A DNA stretch of 63,305 nt, the filler included, from Phoronis australis (Eukaryota; Animalia; Phoronida): NCBI GenBank assembly GCA_002633005.1. It is 8 parts of 8 records of this genome, joined end to end, with 100 filler letters (N's around TTAATTAATTAA, not from the genome) between each part and the next. Parts side by side here need not be neighbours in the genome. Positions count along the whole stretch, not along the records: positions 44,069 to 54,870 come from NMRA01001419.1; positions 54,971 to 61,500 come from NMRA01002150.1; positions 61,601 to 63,305 come from NMRA01001581.1; 5 more parts are not named here. One strand, 5' to 3'. Below, in pieces: positions 52,201 through 63,305 of the stretch. The number at the start of each line of letters is the position of its first letter. Within the stretch, counting starts at the first letter, position 1. Made by a program: the position numbers and the translations under genes. Below the pieces are notes generated by a model. The model had not been told where the DNA came from and searched no databases. It saw nothing but the letters and a program-made list of their open reading frames with translations.

Positions 52201-54348
52201 AACCAATTCATGCCGATCTAGGTACAGTGTCCAAAAGGAGAGGCATCTAGAAAAACGCATGTCGTGAACACATCCACTAGCACAAGAAACTGTAGGAACG
52301 CCGCATTTATCCACCTTCACTCTTATCAGGCTTCTATTGTGAGTCTGCATGCGTGAATAATTGGCTGATAAGCCACCTCTGGAACTACTTTGGCTGAATG
52401 GATGACCAGGCCATAAAATGATAATTAGCCAAGACCAGTTACTAATGCAACAAAGAATAATGTCATAGCATCACCTAGCCTTGGTGGAAAGCTGTATACT
52501 GTATTGGCTCTTATAAACGCTTAGAAAAATTCATTTCACGGGGTGGGGATTCTTATTGTAGCCTACGGCAGTTGAAAGCCGGTTTCCCAAACGGGTAAAA
52601 TCGGAAGCTAGGATTCATAAAATTTACGCTAGTGAGGTATTTTTAGCCTATGACAGGCTTTCTAAAAAATTGTGGTGCATTGCTATGAACTTCCGTTGTT
52701 AAATTACGATAATTTTTCAAAAAATTGTGCTCATCACAGGGCAAAAACTTGCCGACTAATGCGTCGCTGAATCGCCATCGTCAATAGGAAACTTGAACTC
52801 TTGAATAAAAATATAGTTTCGACTCAACAAATTACCTGAAATCTTCCTTATGTTCTACAATTGTTAAAGTTCATGCGGAGTCCAGATTAATTGCAATTAA
52901 GTGCAAATCTGCGCTACATCGTACCCCACAACACGAGAAAAATCTCTGGATGAACACACATGTTGTTGTCACGTGACGTTTGTTTTGAAGTTCGTCTGCG
53001 TATGAGAGTGAGTGCCGAGCGTGCGTGTGTTGGTCATCGACAATAGACTTTTTTGTTACAAAATTAAAAGCGGAGGATTATGCAGGAAAATGGAGTTTAC
53101 TACATTGTTTTTTATTTAAACGGCTGCAACGTGCAAGGTGAGTGCTGTAACTCACAGATTTTGTGTGCACAGGCCGACGGTCGTTGGCTCTACCGTGGAG
53201 TATTAATAGTCCAAGGCTCTATCTACATGTTGGTGACGAAGTGAACTCCCCGGGCTGTGTGAAATTTCTGGGTCTAACGGAAACCCTGACGCAGTGGTCA
53301 GCCAGCTCGCTGTATCAAGACTATAGTCAAAATCCAAATACGTTTGATCGTGTCCCTGTCAATAATAACAGCATGCAAATTTTTGTACTTATGGAACATA
53401 ACAATCACGTGTTTTGTACACATACGCGCACGCAGCAGATCACATCTCGGAAATTGCCGATTTGACGGATGACAAAGAATGAGCACAATGAAATTAAACA
53501 ACGTCGTTTTACGCTTTGTAAGATTCATAATGAACGTATTTTGAATATTGCAATGCATGTGTTCCAAAATCTAAATACCTTGGGTCCTATATTTTTGTAT
53601 TCGTGCGAGCCGATTGAAAGTAATCGTGAGTGTTGCTGTGTTGCAAAATCTCTTATCCTGGGCCGATTGGAAAAATTCAAAGTTGTATTCATATTTGTTT
53701 TCGCTCCTCTTTTCAAATATTACAGTAAAAACTACTTGTAACTCTCTCTATAAAAAGTACAGTCTGCTAGGTAGATTGTAATCAGCTGATCATATCTGCA
53801 TGAGCGAAGCCAATTATCCTCGCTCGTGACTCGATGAATAGAGCAGCTTGGCGGCATCCCTTTGATCGTGAGCCGAGCGCAACTCAGCCAAGGTGGATAA
53901 ATACGGTCTAGTTCAATTTTCCATACCCCACCGTTTACCTTGACGAGCGGGGTTAGGACCAATCTTATTTAGTGGGACTGTTCATAGCATGCGACAAGTT
54001 TTAGGTAGACCTGGAAACCTGAGACTTATCGATGTAAATTTTAAGACATTTCCTATCATAAAAATCAGGTTGTGTTCTCAATATATTCACAGTAAGGTAT
54101 ATATGTGTATTTTTTCATATAATATTGGTTTATACACGTTCGTATCCTCGGAACAACTTTCAACAACCAACAGAACATTGGTAAAGCAATTGACCAAAAG
54201 TCATGATTATAAAACACGATATTTCGAAACACAATTGTTTTATTTTCAAGTGAAAATAAAATAAAGCAGTAATAAAACCACAGAAAAAAGCTAGAAGCAT
54301 ACACGTTGGGACAAGACAGGTGCGAAACACTGTAAAAATGGAGCAAGT

Positions 54349-54870
54349 AGGCGGGCCCCGGCCAAGCTGCCGGAGGCAGCGCAGGCAGGCTCCGACATGG
54401 CACTTAGACGGGCCCCAGCCAAGCTGCCGGAGGCAGCGCAGGCAGGCTGCGACGTAGCACTTATGCGGGCCCCAGCCAAGCTGCCGGAGGCAGCGCAAAC
54501 AGGCTCCGACGTAGCACTTAGGCGGGCCCCAGCCAAGCTGCCGGAGGCAGCGCAGGCAGGCTCCGACGTAGCACTTAGGCGGGCCACAGCCAAGCTGCCG
54601 GAGGCAGCGCAGGCAGACTCTGACGTAGCACTTAGGCGGGCCCCAGCTAAGCTGCCGGAGGCAACGAAGGCAGGCTCCGACGTAGCACTTAGGCGAGCCC
54701 CAGCCAAGCTGACGGAGGCAGCGCAGGTAGGCTCCGACGTAGCAATTAGGCAGGCCCCAGCCAAGCTGCCGGAGGCAGCGCAGGCAGGCTCCGACGTAGC
54801 ACTTAGGCGGGCCCCAGCCAAGCTGCCGGAGGCAGCGCAGGCAGGCTCCGACGTAGCACTTAGGCGGGCC
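54349..54870. repeat. GC-rich 57-bp tandem array, 9 or more copies, running into a gap
   Basis: Unit AGGCGGGCCCCAGCCAAGCTGCCGGAGGCAGCGCAGGCAGGCTCCGACGTAGCACTT starts at 54349, 54406, 54463 and onward; no spacers. Confidence 0.95.
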
Positions 54871-55831
54871 NNNNNNNNNNNNNNNNNNNNNNNNNNNNNN
54901 NNNNNNNNNNNNNNTTAATTAATTAANNNNNNNNNNNNNNNNNNNNNNNNNNNNNNNNNNNNNNNNNNNNGAATTTATTCATGAGGATAATTAGACACAA
55001 ACCCTTTAGTTGGCTGGGCTTCACACTCCTGACGCCATAGTGTGAGCCATGCTACCCACGTTATCATTAAATATGCATGCACACACTCATCTAGTATTAA
55101 ACTTTCATTATGCACGCGCAGCAGTACCGCGGAAATCCTAGAACATCCACAATGGTTGAGATTAGTTTTCTCGTTATGTCATTTATAAGGAGTTCTGACT
55201 CACAGTTCAGCGAATGAAAATAGCTTCGTCTTGGTTGTTGGATATATTCGTCGCAAAGCACAACGGATAGGCAGAGAATATTTTTATCTCTTTGAGAAGG
55301 TTGGTCAGCTTGCCGACTGGCGGTTGAATCAAAGTTTGGTTGAGTAACGTCTTCCCAGGGAAAGACGTCTGTGTTCTTGTCAGTCGTAAGAATGCTCTTC
55401 CCTCTTCACTTTAATTACTTTGAAACCTCGTCAAACAAATAGCCTACAAATTTTTGTTCAAGACGTATTTCCAAATTAGGCTCCATCCACTTTACGTCGC
55501 AGAATTTAATGTAGAATTAGCAAGTTCACTTTTTGATTTTCTGAAGGTGCACAATGGCCGCCGAGTAGAGTTGAATCACACTGAACTTCTCAAATGGGAG
55601 TTTAATTTGGAAAATATAAATTAATAGTTAGGTGATAATTTTCGATTGACGAGGCTCACTCTATGTTTTAAACTCATTTGTCACAACTAAGGAAAATTGA
55701 ATGCCTTGTCACCTGCGTCCATGTATACGCCGCAGTAGTGGACAACCAATTCAGCCCTTTTCACAAGAATTCACAGCGTGGTTTATGTCGAAAAAAGTTT
55801 TGAAATAATAGACGTATAGTGAGTTATTTTC

Positions 55832-56020
55832 GTGACCCGTTTGAGAGGGACCTTGGTCAAGGAGCATACGTCGGGTGTCATAGGTCAGAGGTCAACGATC
55901 GAGCCGATCGTCGTGACGTCATCCGCAAACCAGAAGGAAGTGAAAATGAGGTCACGGGTCAAACTTGAATGGGTCAACTTAGACCAGGAAGTGACGTCAC
56001 CTCTTTGGGATCGTGACGGA
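55832..56020. promoter_or_regulatory. Dense cluster of nuclear-receptor DR1, CRE and ETS motifs
   Basis: AGGTCAgAGGTCA 55882-55894, TGACGTCA 55914, GGAAGTG 55936, AGGTCAcGGGTCA 55949-55961, GGGTCA 55971, GGAAGTGACGTCA 55987-55999. Confidence 0.55.
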
Positions 56021-56589
56021 CTTATTCCCAACTGCTGCTTTTTCAAAGCCTAAGAAAACGTGATTAAAATAAACAGAATTTATTATGGACTTATCAAAAT
56101 ATGTTTGGTATGGTGCATTGACCCACAAAATAGCCGCCGCAATTGAACAGCACTGAATTACAGGCAACAAACGCAAATACGTACGGGACTCTAATTTACG
56201 AAATTTTAGTGTAGTCTCTCGATTAATGAAACTCTTCCTCTGTTCTAAAGGGGTGGGAATGTTGCATTTCACTGAGATATCTAGTATAATCCAGGTATCA
56301 GAATAGATAAAAACTGTATTTTCCATAGACAATGAGATTTGTTTATGTACATTATTTATTTTTTGATGATGATCGATTTATGTCTTAGCAACTTTTTTTG
56401 TAATAAATATGGCTTTTCTCCACCATTTACCCATTTCCAGAGTCTAATAGGACCATATGTAAATATTTTAAAGATAGGACAAATTCTATTTTTATGATTT
56501 TCCTCCCACGTCGTGCTTCCCTGTTTTCTCGGACATTCTGTCTTATTCAAATCTATAATCGATTAGTAACCAAGTTCGACAAAAACCCT

Positions 56590-56950
56590 GAAAAATAGGA
56601 AAGTAGGAGAGGCACTAAATATCACAACAACTAGAGATTGGTGGAGAAAATCCTACGGTTGTTCAATTAATTTTACTTCTGACACCAATTTAATTTGGTT
56701 CCAGTTCAAGAGTACTCACAGAATTATAAGTACAAATGGAATTGTACCAAACAATGATTGCTCTTTCTGTAAAAATGAGCTAGAGGATCTTCATTTGTAC
56801 TAGTCTTGTGGTATTGTACAGTCTTTTTGGATGTCGTTTAGGGAACGGATTTGTCAATAAACTGGTCAAGCTTTTGAACTGACGCCCATAGATATTATTG
56901 GGATAATTTGATGGACCAAAAACATTTAATGTAATACTTTTTCTTGGGAA
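56590..56950 (+). pseudogene. L1/Tx1-clade LINE ORF2 zf-RVT fragment
   Basis: DTNLIWFQFKSTHRIISTN..CSFCKNELEDLHLY*SCGIVQSFW fits the FQFK..HRI..TN...CxxC....E...H....C......W motif. Confidence 0.8.
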
Positions 56951-56951
56951 C

Positions 56952-57174
56952 CGCGACTAATGGTGAAAAAATCAACACAAAGATTTCCTCGTATGACCTC
57001 TCCGGCTACAAAATAAAAGCAGTCATTGAACACCATGGAAGAAACACGACGGGTGGTCATTACACATGCTGTGTTAAATCGTCAGCATGGGAATGGATAA
57101 ATTTTGACGACTCTACAGTCACAAGTACATCCAAGCCTCCCCTGGATGCCTACATTGCAATATATGAATTATAA
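56952..57174 (+). pseudogene. C-terminal His-box fragment of a ubiquitin-specific protease (peptidase C19), 5'-truncated
   Basis: YKIKAVIEHHGRNTTGGHYTCCVK...WINFDDSTVT...AYIAIYE* carries the catalytic His and Asp boxes; no Cys box or splice acceptor upstream, and it abuts the LINE fragment. Confidence 0.85.
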
Positions 57175-58087
57175 ACCAACAAAGGAAATCAACATAAAAA
57201 TATGGCGCAATTTCAACATCAATGTCGCATATCACATCTGACGCAGCCAAATCATTTTTTGAAATTCATCCTGGTACGGGAATTGGGGATAGTTAGGCCT
57301 ATAAAAGATCTTTAACCCAGCCGCAGAGCGTCTAAAGCCGCGCACCGTACCAGTGACTGCTGGCAACTCATCGGAGACTCAACTTTAACATCCTTCGCCG
57401 CAGAGATAACAACTCTTGGGCTGTCTCCGGGGAGTCCATTCTTTGTTGAATGATGTTTAGATAAATTATATATACAAAAGAAGACTGAAAAACCTTCAGT
57501 GAAATGTAGAAGTTGCCAAAACGAAAATTATTAATTACTATGATGTACAAAAATATATATTTGAAAGATATTAATTACAAATTTTTTTAGACAGGTGGAC
57601 CCTTATGGCGCATTTCGTTACCTGATTTTTTCTCTTTTTTCTGTCTGTTATCCCCATAGGCGTGTGCGTGTGTGTGTAGTCATATTATTAGCAATATTAC
57701 TTATGCCAATAAAACATTTATAATAAAGCGAAGTTATCTAAAAGGCGCCACAACGATATGTAGATCAGATTTCAACTTTGGTTGCAACAATCATTGCCTA
57801 AGGTGTGCACTCCACAGGATAATGTTTGAATTTCCTGAGAATATGTACGTGTAGCATGGGCATCAGCATGAAACGGAATGCAGTATTTCAACGTTATCTT
57901 GCCTGTTTTGGATTTTCTCAGGCTATAACGACATTTAAATCAAAACCACATCGTGGCATCTAAAATTAAAAGCGCCCTAGGTACGCGTGGATTCTGTGAA
58001 CGTTACGTCCGTCACTAAAAAAATTGCCTTTGTCTCAAAAAATCTTTCAAATTTAAACTTTGATTTCATTAATGCGTATTGCGTGTG

Positions 58088-58130
58088 TGACGTCAACTTA
58101 TTGATGACGTCTAAATTCATACTTATAAAT
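58088..58130 (+). promoter_or_regulatory. CRE-CRE-TATA promoter candidate for the repeat ORF
   Basis: TGACGTCA at 58088, TGACGTC at 58105, TATAAAT at 58124; in-frame ATGs follow at 58131, 58137, 58170 and 58182. Confidence 0.5.
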
Positions 58131-60664
58131 ATGGCAATGAAAGTACCCATCAGGGTATTAGCTGACTTGATGATCTTTCTAATGGCGTATATATCAGGGA
58201 TTGTAAACTTTACCAAGCGACGTATGGCGTCACTCACAGAAAACCTATTGGACATCACAACAGCAATATTTTCCATCATACTGGACGATTTTGAGGATGG
58301 TGGCTTGAGTGACGAATACTTAGATTCAAGTATCACTTTGACTTAAGTGGATAGAGACGGACAAATCAAAACGGTTCACTGTGAATACATTGAAGACATT
58401 CTCGACGACATTCCAGAAACACCACACGAGCATAAGGACACTACAGCCGCTGCAACCGTAAGTTAATTCAGAAAGAAAGCTCAAATCGTATCGTCCAACT
58501 ACAGGAAATAGCAAAAGCAAATTGAATCAGAATAATGACTTCATTGAAAACAGTGAAGTTATCAATGAGGTTGTCACTACGCAGCTGCAGGAGAAACGAA
58601 AAGAGAAAAAAGACGGCATATTTACAGATGAAGGCCTTGGATACAATGATGATGCGATTGTTAAAGAAGACGGATGTATAGTTGATGCAACCGAGAGTAA
58701 AAACGGACGCGTTGCCGATGTTACCGAAAGAAAGGATAGATACGTTCGCGATGCTATAAATGGTAATGATGGACGAGCCATAAACAGCGCGGGTGGCAAC
58801 AACGGACATGAACAGGATGTTTCCAAAGTATATGACGGAAGCGAAAACGATGCTCATGACGTAAATGCCGAAGACGTGTCTGACGCTCCACATAACGAGG
58901 GTGGTCCTAGACCAGGTGTTATATGTAAAAAACGCGACCATAGGCATAGGTCTGACACTTTACATGACAAATGTGATTCTATACATGGAACTCCGTGTGA
59001 AAATAGTGATTCTGAGCAAGATGCCACGTAAGGAAGTGATAATCCTGAGCACGATACTGTGTATGAAAATGGTAATCCCGACCATGATACTCCGAATAGA
59101 AATGAGGGTCTTGGGTATGATACGTCTTATGGAAATGGCGATCCTTACTCTGATACTTATGAAAATGGTGATCCAGGAGATGATACTCCGTATGGAAATG
59201 GTGATTTTGAGCATGATACTTCGTATGGAAATGTTGATTCTGAGCCTGATACTCCTTATGAAAATGGTGATCCTGGGCATCGTGCTCTGTACGAAAATGG
59301 TAATCCTGAGCATGATACTCTAAATGAAAATGATGGCCCAGGGCATGATACTACATATAGAAATAGCAATCCTGGCTCTGATACTTATGGGAATGGCGGT
59401 CCAGTATGGAAATGGTGATCCTGAGCCTAATGTTCTGGCCTATGAAAATAGTGAAGTACTGGATGATACTCCGTATGAAAATGGTGATTCTGGACATGAT
59501 ACCTCGTATGGAAATGGTGATCTTGAACATGGTACTCGACATAAAAATAGTGAGCCAGGGCATGATACTCGGTATGGTGATGATCCAGGGAATGATACTC
59601 ACTGACAGTATAAAAATGATGATCCTGAACATAATGCTCCGTATGGAAATGGTGATCCAGATCATGATACTCCGTAGGAAAACGGTGATTTTGAGCCTAA
59701 TACTTCGTATGGAAATGGTCATTCTGAGCGTGATACTTTGTATGCAAATGGTGATCCAGGACATGATGCGCCGTATCTAGTAGAAATGGTGATCCAGGGC
59801 AGGATGCTTCGTATAGAAATAGGGATCCAGGGCAGGATACTGCGTATAGAAATAGAGATCCAGGGCACGATACTGCGTACAGAAACAGTGATACAGGGAA
59901 TGATACTGCGCATGGAAATGGTGAGCCCCTACCATGATGTTTCCTGTGGAAATGGTAATCCAGGGCATGATGCTCCGCAAGAAAATGATGACCGTGGCCC
60001 TGAGCATTGTCCACCGTATGAAAATGGTTACTCTGAGCAAGATGTTTTGTATGAAAACAATGAATCCGAGTATGGTTCTAATTATGAGAATGGTGATTTT
60101 GGTCATGCTTTTTATGGTATTCTGTGTGGAAGTGCTGCTCTTGACCAAGATACTCCGTACGAAAATGACGATCTTAGGCATGATAACCCCTGTGAAAATA
60201 ATGATCAAGCTGGCCATGAAACTCCGTATAAAAATAGTGATTCTGAGCATGGATCTACGAATGAAAAGTGGAATCCTGAGCATGATACTCTATATGAAGA
60301 AGGTGATTATGAGCATGATAATCCCTATAAAAATGTTGAATCTGGTTATAATACTCCCCATGCAATTGCTGATCCTATGCATGGAAACGGTTCGTCAGGG
60401 CATGATACAAGTGTTGAAATCGGACCCGAAGAATCTCTTGTGAATAAAGAGCGAGAACCTCGTGGCACAGGCGACAACCATGGACTTGTAACTAACCGTA
60501 CCAATGGAATCCTTGGAGAAATCATCGATGTATCTTGTGCCAACGAGGGACGTGTCGCTCATCTTACGGGTGACAGAGGTGGCCGAGTGGGACACTACAC
60601 TTCTGTCAATAATGAAAGTGCTAAGGCGAGAAAAGAGTGTGCTGGGACGATCATGGCCTTCTGA
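58131..60664 (+). pseudogene. Decayed, apparently intronless ~840-codon ORF: hydrophobic N-terminus, acidic region and 11-aa repeats (DTPYENGDPEH)
   Basis: ORF-track pieces 57987-58346, 58522-59031, 59059-59418, 59324-59605 and 59738-60664 join through isolated stops and frameshifts; AATAAA at 60670-60675 lies 5 nt after the TGA. Confidence 0.65.
58955..60410 (+). repeat. 33-bp coding-type tandem repeat, about 44 degenerate copies
   Basis: Consensus GATACTCCGTATGAAAATGGTGATCCTGAGCAT. Confidence 0.9.
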
Positions 60665-63305
60665 AACAAAATAAAAGTCGTAAGGTTCTAAAGAATAAGA
60701 CTCAAATGAGCGATGAGAAGAGACTATCCTGGTGGTGACGCCTGAAGAGTGAAATTTCACAGGAGACTGTACAGCACCAGTTTTATTTACAGTGTTTGGA
60801 ATCATTATGTTAAATAATCTGTCGTGTAGCATTAATTTGCAGAATTTTCACACATTTTAAAGTGTAGATCTGCGTATTTTGAGCTTCAATACATGAAAGT
60901 ATTTTGGCGGCCATTTAAGTTTTACGTTATTTGAAGTCGTTTTTCGACTGGTGTTGACTTCTGCTCGTACAAATACTTTGCGTGGAGGTCATACGGTTGG
61001 TCGCATGACTTGTTCTCTCAATCAAATTTTGTGTTTCAAAATTAGACCGAATAACTGCAGGAATAGGGGTTCTTAAAAAATTGCTGTGAACCCAGCATGA
61101 TATTTCGCCGCTCTCTCAGGCCGCCCTCCGGAGAGTAATTTACCCTTTTATGGTATCTTCTCGGGGCAGCCGCCGGCTCCGATGCATACAAGGATTCACC
61201 ACGATTCTTTACGGCCTAAATTAAAACTTTTTTCATGATATTTTAAGTTTATTAGATAACCAAGTAAGTGATTACATAACAAAAACAAGTCCTTACAGAC
61301 AAGTATCGCCGGTCGTAACTAGCTGACTGAGTCACATTTATACACGTTTCACACACACGCACAAACGAAACCTGATTATATTGTATACTAAATATTTTGC
61401 TGGAATATGGTTATAAAAATTTACCATTTGTTTTCAAAATATTCTAAGCATCCATTTTTTGTGAAAATATACTTAAGCTTTTTCAGATAATAAGCCAATT
61501 NNNNNNNNNNNNNNNNNNNNNNNNNNNNNNNNNNNNNNNNNNNNTTAATTAATTAANNNNNNNNNNNNNNNNNNNNNNNNNNNNNNNNNNNNNNNNNNNN
61601 TGTTATATTTCAGTTTGTATCACAATGTAAATCCCACACAGAAGTGGAATTTAAAACTGAAGGCAAAAAATACTGTTGCAGATTTAAGTTCAACTATTTT
61701 GGGTGAAGCATTCACTTCAGCGTGCTCTGCAATTTTGCGACTGATTATTCAAAATGGTACATTTTTTCTACCGGAAGTAGCTACGATTGCAAAAGATGAT
61801 GTAGAGGTTACTGGTGATTGAATTAAACTTCAATATTGAAAGGGTCGACCTATCCCCAAAAATTGATGTAGTTTTGACTCTCTACTTCCCATTGTCCTAA
61901 CATTCTTTTAGTGGAGTGAAATCTTTTCTGTCATCGTGAGGAAAGTTCGAGACGTATTTTGTTTGGTTATTTAATAACTCGTTTGAATTTGAGGAGGAGA
62001 GGTGAGTAAAGAGGAAATGTCCCTATAAGAATTCATCACGTACTGGAACACTTGCAGTTAAACAACTTAACTTTATTGCAATAACAATATTAATGCATTT
62101 CCTAACAAGCTAGAACACAAATTGGCCATCAGAGTGCACAAATTCAATAGCAACAAAGCACAAAGGTCAACCCTACAAGCTGGTCACACAACTTGAAATA
62201 AGTTATGTTGAGTATCGTGAAAATATTGCAAGTCTTATTGTACCCTAAAATTACAGAAATAGACAAATAATGGAATTGCAAATCCCGCTTTCGAGCATGA
62301 TGAAGATTGCCTTTTAGTGTCCTCTGGTGCAGTAATGAGGAGCAGGGCAGCTATTACAAAGTGCCAAATCTGAGGCATTCTAAATGCAGGTCGATCTGGG
62401 CATGCAGTTGAGAACAACCTCTATTCACTGCATAAATCTTAAGTGCACATTTCTGCAAGTTACTTATTAACTGCCTAACACACTAATTGGGAATTTGGGT
62501 ACTTGCCATTCTTGGCCTATTTCATCCTAAATGTGATGGGAGATAACTACAGTTTAACAACACTATCAGACAACAGAACGATAGTGATCTTGAACAAAAG
62601 TAAATTATTCCCATTTTTAAAAAATCTTTCAATGGCTCACTGTAAAACCTTTTTAGAACACATAACAATGGTCCTTTGAATTCTCCATATGATGATACTT
62701 TGTGGCATGTTGACACAATGGTCACTTAACTGATGATCAGTGCAATGGACCCACATGCGAGTTCTGTGCACGTCTGGTACAATGTGTATCAGACAGCCTG
62801 CAACTGTTATTTGTTTTTAGGTGTCTCTTGCAGAGACTCATTGGGTTAAAATTTAAAATGATTCTGATTCCTGGTCCTAGTTTAAAATGTCAAACATTAC
62901 ACAAGATATGAACTGGGGTCTGTCTTTCAACCAAAACCCTTCATTAATCGTTGATAGTGCTTTTACACCTAAGTCTTCAATACTCCACCTGTCTCCCAAC
63001 ATGTTAGACAAATAAATTTCAAAATATAGAACAATGTGTGTGCATCTTACCCTGAAAATTTCAAAACAATCCTGCAACAAATCACAATTTCCGAGCATTT
63101 TTAGTCATTGTACCCTGTTCTAAGAATAAAAACTAAAGGCAAGTACATTTCAAAGGAAATAAGTCGAAAATAACAACATCAAAATAAATGCCATCAAAGT
63201 ACTGTTGAGGTGCATTAGTTTAATGTTGTGCCTCATCCAAAAGTTAAAAGCTGTAACAAACCTGTGTTGTATCCAAGAAGCAAACTTTTGATTTGGACCA
63301 CTTAT

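Noticed and set aside
54349-54870. CRISPR array, or a 19-aa repeat protein (ALRRAPAKLPEAAQAGSDV)
   Set aside because: Units abut with no unique spacers and there are no cas genes. Open frames on both strands are expected for a GC-rich unit of 57 bp, a multiple of 3.
58468-60832. Met/Ile-rich + ORFs and antisense ORFs over the 33-bp array
   Set aside because: They are shadow frames of the DTPYENGDPEH repeat.
5244-61556. Recurring TTAATTAATTAA motif
   Set aside because: Always centred in N runs (5244, 27635, 30594, 41042, 44012, 54915, 61545); it is a six-frame-stop scaffold spacer, not biology.
61601-63305. Exons or a nuclease relic at the window end
   Set aside because: Short frames with stops; no motif I can support.
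1-63305. tRNA, rRNA or prokaryotic defence systems
   Set aside because: No cloverleaf, rRNA-like block or operon seen; isolated GGTTCGA-like strings (e.g. 23774) lack the rest of the structure.

Overview
This is an AT-rich (roughly 38% GC by eye), transposon-dense piece of an animal draft assembly, most likely a marine invertebrate (inferred from the element families). It contains N gaps, several with an artificial TTAATTAATTAA spacer. There is no prokaryotic operon, CRISPR array, rRNA or intact tRNA. Host coding content is sparse: the 3' end of a class A GPCR at 2-130, and the last two exons of an unidentified minus-strand gene at 29.2-30.2 kb with a candidate promoter near 32.6 kb. Recognisable relics include: a 2.43-kb hAT derivative and related MITEs with 5-bp TSDs; two THAP-domain relics; a CryptonA/DUF3504 tyrosine recombinase; an AcademX-type transposase-XPG/PIN ORF plus a second fragment; a Penelope GIY-YIG tail; an L1/Tx1 zf-RVT fragment; HINE/Helitron-like elements; and a TTAA-flanked element. 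The least explained part is the gap-bounded 55.0-61.5 kb block. It holds a dense DR1/CRE/ETS motif cluster, an intronless ubiquitin-specific protease tail, and a decayed, apparently intronless ~840-codon ORF with a CRE-TATA promoter, about 44 repeats of DTPYENGDPEH and an immediate AATAAA. This resembles a fossil cassette from a DNA virus or giant mobile element, but no capsid or polymerase gene is visible, so that reading is a hypothesis. All family assignments come from motif recognition by eye, not database searches.
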